Made by a program: the position numbers and the translations under genes
Shown here: positions 29,566 through 38,907 of the stretch, in pieces
How positions within the stretch are numbered: the first letter of the stretch is position 1
Layout: the number at the start of each line of letters is the position of its first letter
Assembly: GCA_963665295.1 (NCBI GenBank)
Contig: OY762209.1
Span: forward strand, 4,448,001 to 4,512,000
Reading direction: 5' to 3'
DNA: 64,000 bases
Source of the DNA: Syntrophorhabdaceae bacterium
GTDB lineage: Bacteria; Desulfobacterota; Syntrophorhabdia; Syntrophorhabdales; Syntrophorhabdaceae
The notes under the pieces: model-generated
Database searches by the model: none
The model's input: only the letters and a program-made list of their open reading frames with translations
Told to the model about the DNA's origin: nothing

Positions 29566-30726
29566 ATGAATGAAATAAATGGAAATGGACTGGCAACAGC
29601 CGGGAAATATTACGAGCAGTACGGACTGAGGGCGCAGGAGTTAAAGGCGGACGGCAAGCAGGTCATCGGGTACATGACTGCTCTGGCTCCGGTGGAGATA
29701 CTGACGGCCGCGGGGGTAACGCCCTTCAGGTTGAAAGGCTTCGCATCGGAAGCCATCACAAAGGCGGACGCCCACATGGAGACGATTGTCTGTCCCTTCG
29801 TCCGTAATGTGTTCGATTCGGCACTCAAGGGCAAATACGACTTTCTCGACGGCATGGTCCTGCCTCACCTGTGCGACAGCATCGACAGGACCAACGACGT
29901 GTGGAGTTACAACCTTGACCTGCCCTACTGGCATTTCCTCAATGTGCCTCACGTCACCGACGGGCCGTCAGTGGAGTTTACGAAATCCATATTCCGCGCC
30001 TTTATCAAAAGCCTGGAGGCGTTCACCGGCAGGAAGATCACCGATGAGGCAATGGCTGAAGCAGTGAATAAACATAACGAAAACAGGCGGCTCATGAGGG
30101 AGCTCTATTCTCTGAGAAAGGGCTACCCCCCGCTTATCTCGGGCGTTGAAATGATGAAGGTCATTGTGGCGGCAATGAGCCTGCCTGTTGATGAATCATC
30201 GGCGCTTATAAAGAGCGTCACCGAAGAGGTCAAAAAGAGAGAGGTGACTTCCGGCAAGAAGTCACCTCGCATCATGATCGTCGGCGGTCAGATTGACAAC
30301 GTTGCCGTGGCGGAACTCATCGAAAACGCAGGCGCATGCCTCGTAATGGATGACGTCACCATGGGAAGCAAGGTTTACTGGCCCGAGACCGACCCCACTC
30401 CCGATCCCGTGCAGGGTATCGTGGAACGTTATCTGAGAAAGGTGAAAGTGGCCACCACGTACGTGGACACAGGCGACACCTACGAGGAAAACCTGGACGC
30501 CCGGTTCGGCCATATGAAGCAGTACATTGATGAATTCAAGGTCGATGGCGCGATTCTCTTCGTTTACAAATACTGCGACCCTTACGGCTTCGATGTTCCC
30601 GCCATGAAGAGCTACATCGAGTCCACGGGTACGCCCGTCCTTTACCTCGAGGACGAATACTCCACGTCGAGTTTGTCGAGAGTGAAGACCAGGATCGAGG
30701 CGTTCCTGGAGATGATTGCACAGTAA
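29566..30726 (+). CDS. 2-hydroxyacyl-CoA dehydratase / benzoyl-CoA reductase subunit (HgdB/BzdN/BcrC-like)
   Basis: PVEILTAAG, CPFVR, PHLCDS, KYCDPY, TRIEAFLE. Confidence 0.88.
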   Translation: MNEINGNGLATAGKYYEQYGLRAQELKADGKQVIGYMTALAPVEILTAAGVTPFRLKGFASEAITKADAHMETIVCPFVRNVFDSALKGKYDFLDGMVLPHLCDSIDRTNDVWSYNLDLPYWHFLNVPHVTDGPSVEFTKSIFRAFIKSLEAFTGRKITDEAMAEAVNKHNENRRLMRELYSLRKGYPPLISGVEMMKVIVAAMSLPVDESSALIKSVTEEVKKREVTSGKKSPRIMIVGGQIDNVAVAELIENAGACLVMDDVTMGSKVYWPETDPTPDPVQGIVERYLRKVKVATTYVDTGDTYEENLDARFGHMKQYIDEFKVDGAILFVYKYCDPYGFDVPAMKSYIESTGTPVLYLEDEYSTSSLSRVKTRIEAFLEMIAQ

Positions 30727-30832
30727 GCGGGCGAATGACAGATAACTCAAGGCTGAAGGTCGGACCTTTTGCCCTTAACCATTCAGCCCCTGCTGAGGCT
30801 GATGATTCAATATAGAGACGGAGGAGAATCTC

Positions 30833-32164
30833 ATGGCCGAACAAAGAACACCAAGAGCACTTGCAACAGAGGCAGCGGCAAAAATACCCAAGATGGCGCG
30901 GGCTAACCTCGCCAGAACGGTCAAGGCCAAAGAGGAGGGCAAGAAAGTTGCCTACTCGTTCATTGTAGTGGGTCAGGACGAGATCATGAGAGCGATGGAT
31001 ATAGTGCCCGCATGGGGTGAAAGCTTCTCGGGCATTGCTTCGGCAAAACGTGATGCAGAGAAGTACCTGCAGAAGGCGGAGGCGGATAATTTCTCCCGCT
31101 CTCTCTGCACTTACGCTACCTGTAACATCGGCTTTGATATGTGGCGCGAGGAATTGGGCGGTGAAATGCCTCCCGGCGCACCCTGGGGAGGTATCGGGAG
31201 ACCGGATATGATCCTGGGCACGGCGCAGCAGTTGTGTGATCCGCGTTATAAATGGCCTCAGGCGACGCGTCACTACCTCCAGGACGTGCCCGTCTTCATC
31301 GGGGGCATGTACTACCCCTCCTGGGATCCTAAAATAGATCAGAAGGAGCAGGAAGAGTTCTATGTCAAGTACAATACGGAGCAGCTCCACGCATGCGTCC
31401 GTTTCTGCGAGAAACACACGGGCAAGAAGATGGACTGGGATAAACTCGCGGAAGTGGTCGATCTTACCGACCGCACCTGGAACCTCTTCGTAGAGACCTA
31501 CGAACTGAGAAAACATATTCCATGCCCCATGGACACGGGTGATGCCATGAACACCATGGTCCCCATGGCCTTTATGCTGGGCACCCAGGAGTGTTATGAT
31601 TTCTTCCTCGGCCTCAACGCCGAGTTGAAACAAAAGATAGCCGCGAATAAGGGTGTCGCGGAGAACGAGAAGTACCGGCTTCTCTGGGGCGCGGGCCTGC
31701 CTTCGTGGTTTGCCCTTAACGACTTCCAGTATTTCAACGACAAGGGAGCAGTGTTCCCGGTGGAGACAACCTACCGTTGCTACGAGCCGGTTTACAACCT
31801 CGATCTCCCCAAGACAAGCGACCCCCTGGAACATATCTCCTGGAGATGGGTGCGCTTCTGGACCCATTGGTACGACAAGGCGCGCAAGCGGCCCGGCTCC
31901 ACACCGGCAGTCGAACGCCTTATCGATTACATCGAGGACTACAAGTGCGACGGCGTGGTGTTCCATTCAGCCTTCTCCTGCCGGTCATGGCACGCGGGAA
32001 TCATTCTTCAGGCCGAAACCCTGAGGAAGGTCTATCCCGGTATACCGGTCCTCATCATGGAAGGCGATATCGTGGACATCAGTTCCTACAATGAAGCGGA
32101 TACCCATAACAGGATCGATGCCTTTATCGAAACCCTGGAAGCTTACAAGACAAGACGCAGCTAA
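30833..32164 (+). CDS. 2-hydroxyacyl-CoA dehydratase / benzoyl-CoA reductase subunit (HgdA/BzdO/BcrB-like)
   Basis: LCTY, LCDPRYKW, FSCRSW, EGDIVD, RIDAFIE. Confidence 0.88.
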   Translation: MAEQRTPRALATEAAAKIPKMARANLARTVKAKEEGKKVAYSFIVVGQDEIMRAMDIVPAWGESFSGIASAKRDAEKYLQKAEADNFSRSLCTYATCNIGFDMWREELGGEMPPGAPWGGIGRPDMILGTAQQLCDPRYKWPQATRHYLQDVPVFIGGMYYPSWDPKIDQKEQEEFYVKYNTEQLHACVRFCEKHTGKKMDWDKLAEVVDLTDRTWNLFVETYELRKHIPCPMDTGDAMNTMVPMAFMLGTQECYDFFLGLNAELKQKIAANKGVAENEKYRLLWGAGLPSWFALNDFQYFNDKGAVFPVETTYRCYEPVYNLDLPKTSDPLEHISWRWVRFWTHWYDKARKRPGSTPAVERLIDYIEDYKCDGVVFHSAFSCRSWHAGIILQAETLRKVYPGIPVLIMEGDIVDISSYNEADTHNRIDAFIETLEAYKTRRS

Positions 32165-32438
32165 GGCGTCGGCTTACATCCTCCTCACGGGGGTGCAAGT
32201 TTTACATATATAACAGCCTTTCCCCCGGGCCCCTTAAGAGGGGTCCGGGAAGGCCCCAGGAAGGCCCCAGGCCGCTCATATTCATCGTACCCACATACCA
32301 CCCCACCCCCATCGCGCCCGAGGCCTACGGAACGCCTCGCAGGCCAACACACCGGGCGACGTCCGCCCGTCCCTCCCTCATCGACACTCCGCGTCCAGAG
32401 CAAACACCCCTTCGTCCGCAGGGCGAGCCTCTTCTCCA

Positions 32439-32468
32439 TTGCGATTGCGGGGGAATTTTTGGTAGAAT
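32439..32468 (+). promoter_or_regulatory. sigma70-type promoter (extended -10) of the small UGA-containing gene
   Basis: TTGCGA-18 nt-TAGAAT, with TGnTAGAAT extended -10. Confidence 0.55.
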
Positions 32469-32551
32469 GAAGAGTGTAGTTATTGCCGGTTCGTGGCGAA
32501 CGCCGTTTTCCCACCGCACCGGCCACAAAGAAACAACCAGGGAGGAACGTC

Positions 32552-32857
32552 ATGTCACTGTTTCCCGTTATAGGCTGAGTTACCTGAGGCGATTGCGAAC
32601 CACCGACAGTTAGTCGGCGCATGTTAAGGTTTGTTGACGGCACGCAGGCCGCTGTCAATGGTTTGGACGAAATAATGGTCGAGCTATACTCCGAAGACAG
32701 GCAGGCAAACGAGGAGACCGCCGAGGAGATCATCCAAAGGTTGGAGGCCCAAAAGAACCACATCCCATCCTCGGATCGTGTCCGGAGGGAGTACGCTTAC
32801 GTCCTTCTGAAAGAATATCGGGAGTACGTGGAGGAGCGAAAGGGAAGCAAACCGTAA
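32552..32857 (+). CDS. Probable 101-aa selenoprotein with N-terminal UxxUxxC motif (MSLFPVIG-U-VT-U-GDCEPPTVSRRMLRFVDG...)
   Basis: AGGGAGG RBS 6 nt before ATG 32552. In-frame TGA codons at 32576 and 32585. The frame continues into the 32621-32857 ORF, whose own ATG lacks an RBS. A SECIS-like hairpin lies at 32594-32621. Confidence 0.8.
32594..32621 (+). promoter_or_regulatory. Putative bacterial SECIS element
   Basis: TGCG-AACCA-CCGAC-[AGTTA]-GTCGG-CGCA. The apical loop contains GU and lies 20 and 29 nt after the two UGA codons. Confidence 0.7.
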
Positions 32858-32938
32858 TGAAGCCCGTTTTGGCGGCGACGTCTTTGTCGTCGTCATTGTC
32901 AGGGGTCGAGGAACCCCCGCAGCCGCGGACTTTTCAAT

Positions 32939-34645
32939 TCATCGCCCCGCGATTCTAAATCCGTCGGAAAGATCGGGGCCTCGCCCCTCCAGGCCTGGCT
33001 TGAGAGCGTTAGTACACGGCAGGGGTGCATACCAGCACACAGCCGGTGCGCGGGGCACCACTGAAACGCAGAGATTTCGGACACACCTCACCGGGACGTC
33101 AACGGTGGTGTACTTCCCCGGAGTCAGAAGGCGATGAGCGAACCACCGGGGGTCCGAGTCTCTGAGATACGAAACGGCATCCCGGCTTATATGAAGACCC
33201 CACACAAACACAAATATCATGAGTATCGCGCGAAAGGGCTTTGATACGAAAAGGCCGGGCGTGATGTGCGTTACAGAGATGTACACGGCCACGGACACGG
33301 AGACGCATAGGAAACCATAGCCGAAGCGATGGTCCGGCGCAGAGAAAAACCAAAAAATTACACCTGCATAGGAGATGGCCCAGACGACAATCTCGTCCAA
33401 GTCCTGTTTTATTCTTCTCCAATGCAGCAGCAGGACCAGAGGGGAAAGGGATGCCAGAATAAAGATCAGTTTATCGATAGACCTGCATTCATCGTACCAA
33501 GCCGGGAACCAACCGAGCAAGGGAAGTGAAAGGGGTTTCATGGGGTCTCCCGGTATAGGAATTCTTGTCCACGCGCGGATGAAGTCCCTTGCATATACGA
33601 CGTCGACCTTCGGGACCTTCCAGTCGAAGGTGAAGATGTCAAGGGACGGAAAAGGGAAAACCAGGTAGCCCGAAAGGATAATGTTTCTTACAATCCAAGG
33701 TGTTAAGATCACAAAAGCCGCGACTGTGGCCCAGCAGAGGTGCTTCTTTGTCAGCGAGTGCCGGCACAGAAACAAAAGGTACGGGACGATCAGAACCACG
33801 GGAAAGATGGACAGCTTCACGGTGACGCTGAAAAAGGCCAGGCAGATAAGGCTGAAGTAGCAAAAATCATAGCGGATACCGGTGTCGGACTTTTGTCTGA
33901 AAAGAAAGCAGAGAGCTATGAACCACACGAGAAATGTCGCAAGAGGGTCCGGGGTGGGAGACGGAATCCGGTAATGGTCGCCGACAAGGCGGAACAGGAA
34001 GTAGAAGAGGATTCCGCAGATCACGCCATAGCTCTTTGTGCGATTACCGGAGCAAGTCAAATAAGAGACCAGGGAAAATGAAAACAGCATGTGCAAAAAG
34101 CCGTTAAGCACATGGAAGGGACCCGTCTTCAGGAATGAAAATCCGAAAAGGGCACATGGCAAAAAGAATGTCGAATTAAAGGCGAGGCGGTCGTGCAGGT
34201 TCCCAAGCCCTTTCACGGCCTTATATTTCTCGATCCATTGAACTGTCTGGGCGTGATAGAGCCCCGAATCAAACATGGATGGCGGTAAAGCCGAGTACAA
34301 AATGATTGCCACGAGACACGGTAACCAAAGAAGCCAGGTCGTCCCGGTCGCACTTATCCTGAATGCGTTCCCAATGGCGGACATGGCGTGGTGCCGATCG
34401 ATCACAAGATAGGCAATGCCCGTCACGAGGAGGAATATATTGACCTCCACACCTATTGCGACAAAGATCGACAGAAAACCAAGGATCACCGTAATCAGAC
34501 AAAAACCTACGACGCTTAACAGGTCAAGGCGGGGGGCCTCACCGATTTCAACCACACCTGCCCTCGTCAGGATTCTGTATGCAGCGACGCCATAGGTCAG
34601 AGTCAGGAAGAAGGCATACAATGATATTAAACAACTCGCAAGCAT
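32939..34645 (-). CDS. Polytopic membrane protein (LIC_10190-like, GT-C-like)
   Basis: More than 12 TM segments; DSGLYH.QT..W, GLGNLHDRLAFNS, RNIILSGYLVFP, WFFSAPD.RFG motifs. Confidence 0.75.
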   Translation of the reverse strand: MLASCLISLYAFFLTLTYGVAAYRILTRAGVVEIGEAPRLDLLSVVGFCLITVILGFLSIFVAIGVEVNIFLLVTGIAYLVIDRHHAMSAIGNAFRISATGTTWLLWLPCLVAIILYSALPPSMFDSGLYHAQTVQWIEKYKAVKGLGNLHDRLAFNSTFFLPCALFGFSFLKTGPFHVLNGFLHMLFSFSLVSYLTCSGNRTKSYGVICGILFYFLFRLVGDHYRIPSPTPDPLATFLVWFIALCFLFRQKSDTGIRYDFCYFSLICLAFFSVTVKLSIFPVVLIVPYLLFLCRHSLTKKHLCWATVAAFVILTPWIVRNIILSGYLVFPFPSLDIFTFDWKVPKVDVVYARDFIRAWTRIPIPGDPMKPLSLPLLGWFPAWYDECRSIDKLIFILASLSPLVLLLHWRRIKQDLDEIVVWAISYAGVIFWFFSAPDHRFGYGFLCVSVSVAVYISVTHITPGLFVSKPFRAILMIFVFVWGLHISRDAVSYLRDSDPRWFAHRLLTPGKYTTVDVPVRCVRNLCVSVVPRAPAVCWYAPLPCTNALKPGLEGRGPDLSDGFRIAGR

Positions 34646-34848
34646 GACTATTAGGGGTTTGCTTTGCAGACTGACTGGGATTTGCTCTTCACCATGGACT
34701 TCATATTAACTTCGTAAGAATGTAATTGTCAACGCGAAAGCACCGACCTGCGGCCGTAGCAGGAGCATTTGGCGGGCCTGTCCGTTCGTGTGTATCAGCC
34801 GGCATAAAAAAGCGGCAGTCGAAGAAAGGAAGACAGCTTGAAGGTGGG

Positions 34849-35406
34849 TCAGTTCCGGGAGCTAACCGGTTTCATTTCAAGGGTATCAATCCAATTAGCC
34901 TTGTCAAATCGATGGATGTCGATGGCGAGCCCTCCGTCACGCAATTTTCTCGGCACCGTGACGAAAGCAACCGGGGCAATGCCGTCTCCTTTATCTTTGG
35001 ATATCAATACGCCCTGATGCCCCGGGTCATCCTCGCTGGTCAGGTCGTATATCCTGAAACCGGTTTTCATCAGTTCCGACAACACCTCTGCCACGTCATT
35101 CGGGTCCGTCTCGGTATAATCGGACAGGACCGACATAAAGGCTTTTTCAAGCAACAACTGGAACCCGTTCACAGAGTCTCCAGACTGTACGAAAGGAAAC
35201 AGGGTCATATAAGAATTGTACCCTCTTTCTTTTGCCGGGTCTGTCAGGCGAACCCGCTTTAATCTGTAGGGTGATGGCTTACCGTGAGTCGTGGTTTGAG
35301 GAATCTCATTCAGCTTCGCGAATTCCGCCCTGCAAATAAGTAAGTGGGTTGGATCGAACTCTCCAGCCCACTTACTTATTACTTGTCGTCTCATAGTTGT
35401 CTTCAC
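34849..35406 (-). CDS. Hypothetical protein
   Basis: 185-aa ORF with protein-like composition in an AT-richer segment; weak RBS. Confidence 0.55.
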   Translation of the reverse strand: MKTTMRRQVISKWAGEFDPTHLLICRAEFAKLNEIPQTTTHGKPSPYRLKRVRLTDPAKERGYNSYMTLFPFVQSGDSVNGFQLLLEKAFMSVLSDYTETDPNDVAEVLSELMKTGFRIYDLTSEDDPGHQGVLISKDKGDGIAPVAFVTVPRKLRDGGLAIDIHRFDKANWIDTLEMKPVSSRN

Positions 35407-35521
35407 TATATCATTTCGAAACGAACCGGGGTCTATCGGCTTTCCGGAGACCGGGTCAAGTCCGATATGACCATATCATAATGAGACAGCTAGTGATCCC
35501 TAATCGTCTTACTCTGAATGG

Positions 35522-35995
35522 TTAGTTTTTTGGATCATTTACCTCCATTACATGGTCAAACACCTTCAAGGACAACTCACCGACCTTGGCGATATCTTTG
35601 CCGATATTCTCCATTACATCATATTCTATGGCCATTGCCGACACGAATTCCAGAAGCTCATATAATTTTGCCTTCGATTCCATAAAAGTGTCTTCGTCGG
35701 CTGAAGCAACTTTGACTATGGCGTCCAGAAAATCCTTAACCGCCAGAAACATTGAGCCGAATCTTGCCAAGACTTCCTTCGGACATTCCTGGATACAGGT
35801 TTTTATCAACTCCAGCTTCATGGTCATGGCTTTCTCGCTTCCCGCACCTACACCGGCCGCCAGTGCCGTAAACACGTCACCTAATAGTGCAAAAAGAGAT
35901 CCGATTGCCGCATCCCTTTCAGGGTCTGTCAGTATCAAGTCAATACTGCTCTGAATAACCTCCGACACCTTCATTTCTCTGTTCTCTACTGCCAT
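35522..35995 (-). CDS. Hypothetical acidic, predicted all-helical protein
   Basis: AAGGAGG RBS, upstream TATAAT, 157-aa ORF. Confidence 0.75.
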   Translation of the reverse strand: MAVENREMKVSEVIQSSIDLILTDPERDAAIGSLFALLGDVFTALAAGVGAGSEKAMTMKLELIKTCIQECPKEVLARFGSMFLAVKDFLDAIVKVASADEDTFMESKAKLYELLEFVSAMAIEYDVMENIGKDIAKVGELSLKVFDHVMEVNDPKN

Positions 35996-37373
35996 TCTGG
36001 GCCTCCTTTAATATTGGATTATACCTTAACTTTCACAAGGACACGCACTGCTGTCCAAAATACCGCAGATCCCCCGATTGCCTTTCGTAAAACCAGTGGG
36101 TAGTACAGACAAAACTGTCCTTTTTGATGGCGACGCAGTATTGGCGGATAGGATTCTTCTAATTTTTTTTCAATAAGATGAGTTCATACAGTGCGTACGG
36201 TGTTTCTTTCAACTTTCCAGCAAAGCCTTATTGAAATCTGTCGTTGATCTCCTTCCGTTTCTAATAACCCACCCTCTTCGTTTACTTTTTGAAGTCTCTC
36301 TACCGTGGGTACATTACTGAGCCTCCCGGACTCCTCACTGATCATTCGCCAAGAAAACCTCATCGGTTTCTCTGACCCTACGAACTCTTGAGATTGCGGC
36401 TCTTTTCCAACGACAGATACTGAGTGTGATCCGGACAGGTAAAGCTCATTGGCTGTCCCGTCATCAATCCGCTCAAGATGCACCCGACCTCCACGTCCTT
36501 AACGGTTGATGCTCACCAATGTTCTCACAACCTTCCCTCAGCGCCACATCTGCTGGAAAGATGACAATCAATCTTCGCAGGTCCACCCCATCGCAACAGG
36601 TAGACGTATGATTGTATTATCCCACAAACAAAAGAGTCAAGCCAATTGTGCAAATATTTTCCGGAGGGGCAAATTCGGACGTATTTTCACCATTTTCGTC
36701 GTCCTCCGGTCCATTTCCGCCTTCAGCGAGAAGCGGGTAACGAGTGTTTTTTCTGCACAATCTCCATCTGTTTCGTTCCTGTTTTAACCCTTTATTGGTC
36801 TTTCAGACAGTCCTTGTAAAAAAACGGTGATACACAGAATAAGGTCGCAGAGGTGAAGCGGACCCTGTCCGTTTCTAGAGCCGCTCAACGACTCATGAGA
36901 CATAAATGTAAACGCCCCAGGGACAGTTATTATCACTTTCACGCGGAAGTATCGACGGATGTCTTGGAGAGAACAGACAATGTAGTTTAAGGACCATGGA
37001 AACAAGGGGACACAGGGGTCCCGAAATGACAAAGTGTGACCTGTCTCCCAAAATGGCCCGTCAACACCTCATATGATGGCCGGAAATGAAGGCAAAGCAT
37101 CGTTCCTTGCAGCCCGATCATACCCATAACTTGGCCAAAGAGATCGAGAAGCCATCAATATGGTGTCCAAAGAACCGGGTCACATCCAACGCTTTCTTTT
37201 TCGCCTTTACTCTACTTCCCTGATATGCCATAGTGTGATCGAGGGCCGCGGCTGGATTCCCTGATATCACTAGAAGTTGGCGCCCGGAACAGATAGGCCG
37301 CCAGAATAACCCGCGAGGCATTTCCTGGTGGCTGCCACAGATATAACGGTTGTTCGCTTTGAGGGAGGTTAAT

Positions 37374-38576
37374 GTGAGGCACTATCGTCGACTCGCCATA
37401 GCACTACTGGCATTCGTATTTTCCGGGGCCTTCACCTGTCTCGCCGGGGGCGATAAGGCCGATGACCGGTCCCCAAAACCGACTGTTACGATAGACATGA
37501 GCTATGGCCGGGCAAAGCTGGAGGCTCCAGGAGTCCTGTCAGCCTGGCTCGTTTATGGTTTCGCACGAGAGTATTTTCGGAATGAAGGCTTTCTTAAGGA
37601 AAACCCCGGAGTCCGTGAATATCGATATAGTTTCAAGGAGGAGCTTGAGTCGAGAAAGGCACTTGCACAGATGTGGCAAGGATTTCAAAAGGACAAGCCC
37701 GAGATCAGAGACGATTATCTGGATGCTCTGGTGAGGGTCTACAAGGCAGACTTTCTCTCCGAGTATGTCTGGTACTTCTTCCGGGACTCCGGCTGGGGCG
37801 ATCCTCCCGACACCTTGAGGCTTAAGGTTTTTGACGAATGGCGTTCTCAGCATATTGCAAATCACACAGTAGAGACTGTCGTGTACCCGGGCAAACGCGG
37901 CGGGGATAAGAAAAGAGATGCGAAGGTGAACGGTCCCTCTAGTACCACCGTATTTGTTCCAGGCTATTCTCCGCCTCAAAATGACGCGGCAAAGGAGCAT
38001 TATCGCAAGGGCCTCCAGCATCAGAATAATAAGGAGTACGATTCGGCGATCAGCGAGTATCTGAAAGCCATCGAGGCAGATCCGGATTTTACGGACGCCA
38101 TGGACAACTTAGGTCTTAACTATCGCGCATCGGGCAGATACGACGAGGCAGAGCGCTGGTATAATAAGTCTCTGTCGGTTCGGCCGAAAAACAAGGCAGC
38201 ACTCGGGAATCTGGCAGTTCTCTACAGGCTGAAGGGTGAATCCGAGAAAGCGGTGAGTCTTTACAAGAAGGTAATTGAGGTTGAACCCCAAGACCCTGAA
38301 GGGTATTACGGCCTGGGTGGCGTTCTTTATCAAAGGGGTGATTTCGACGAATCTATAAAATATCTGGATTATGCAATCGACAGATATAAGAAGCAAAACT
38401 CTCCTTATCTATATCATGCGTACTTCGCACAAGGATTAAACTATTTCAAGCTCAAGGGTTTCCGAAAAGCGGTCGAGTACTTGGAACTGGCCCAGTCGGG
38501 GATGCCGGATGACCCGAAGGTTAAGGAAGGGCTGGGGGAGGCAAAAAGGCAATTGGCGAAGGAAACCGTCCGGTAA
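37374..38576 (+). CDS. Exported tetratricopeptide-repeat protein
   Basis: GGGAGG RBS plus GTG start; signal peptide; about five C-terminal TPRs (AISEYLKAIEADP, AMDNLG, ALGNLA, YYGLG). Confidence 0.88.
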   Translation: MRHYRRLAIALLAFVFSGAFTCLAGGDKADDRSPKPTVTIDMSYGRAKLEAPGVLSAWLVYGFAREYFRNEGFLKENPGVREYRYSFKEELESRKALAQMWQGFQKDKPEIRDDYLDALVRVYKADFLSEYVWYFFRDSGWGDPPDTLRLKVFDEWRSQHIANHTVETVVYPGKRGGDKKRDAKVNGPSSTTVFVPGYSPPQNDAAKEHYRKGLQHQNNKEYDSAISEYLKAIEADPDFTDAMDNLGLNYRASGRYDEAERWYNKSLSVRPKNKAALGNLAVLYRLKGESEKAVSLYKKVIEVEPQDPEGYYGLGGVLYQRGDFDESIKYLDYAIDRYKKQNSPYLYHAYFAQGLNYFKLKGFRKAVEYLELAQSGMPDDPKVKEGLGEAKRQLAKETVR

Positions 38577-38737
38577 CCCCGGGAACGGCTGAGGGATATT
38601 GCGCCGTGTATGGCCGGGACCTGTTGTGGTGCCTAGGTGAATAAATCTTCCGATACGAAAACGAAGCATAACGCTTCCGCCGTATTAGACTTACGGGTTA
38701 AGTCACAAATACTGATAAGGGTTTAAGAGTTAAAGAG

Positions 38738-38824
38738 CGGAGGGAGTAGGATTCGAACCCACGGGGCGCTTGCACGCCCAACGGTTTTCAAGACCGCCGC
38801 TTTCGGCCGCTCAGCCATCCCTCC
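38738..38824 (-). tRNA. tRNA-Ser (anticodon TGA), CCA not encoded
   Basis: GGAGGGA acceptor stem, anticodon loop CTTGAAA, long variable arm, GGTTCGAATCC T-arm, G discriminator base. Confidence 0.96.
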
Positions 38825-38907
38825 GTTTAGATCAACTGGAAACGGGCAAACCGTTCAACCACCCGCTCCTCGTATTTTTGACTTTATACCGCGTTCTCCC
38901 TAATTCA

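Noticed and set aside
30727..30832. TTAACC...GCTGATGA in the hgdB-hgdA gap, resembling a fluoride riboswitch
   Set aside because: The 5' GGnGAUG pseudoknot segment is missing and the downstream gene is not fluoride-related; simple intergenic hairpins suffice.
32248..32271. Direct repeat GGAAGGCCCCA x2, and the C7/G7 hairpin at ~27555-27592
   Set aside because: Short isolated low-complexity features, consistent with slippage or ordinary intergenic stem-loops.
36184..37321. Short ORFs 36184-36483, 36506-36787, 36784-37032 and 37118-37321
   Set aside because: No recognisable motifs and weak or absent RBS; they cannot be supported as genes without homology searches.
38738..38824. Long-variable-arm tRNA considered as tRNA-Sec (selC) given the nearby UGA-containing gene
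   Set aside because: The anticodon is TGA (reads UCA, Ser), not TCA, and the acceptor stem is the canonical 7 bp.
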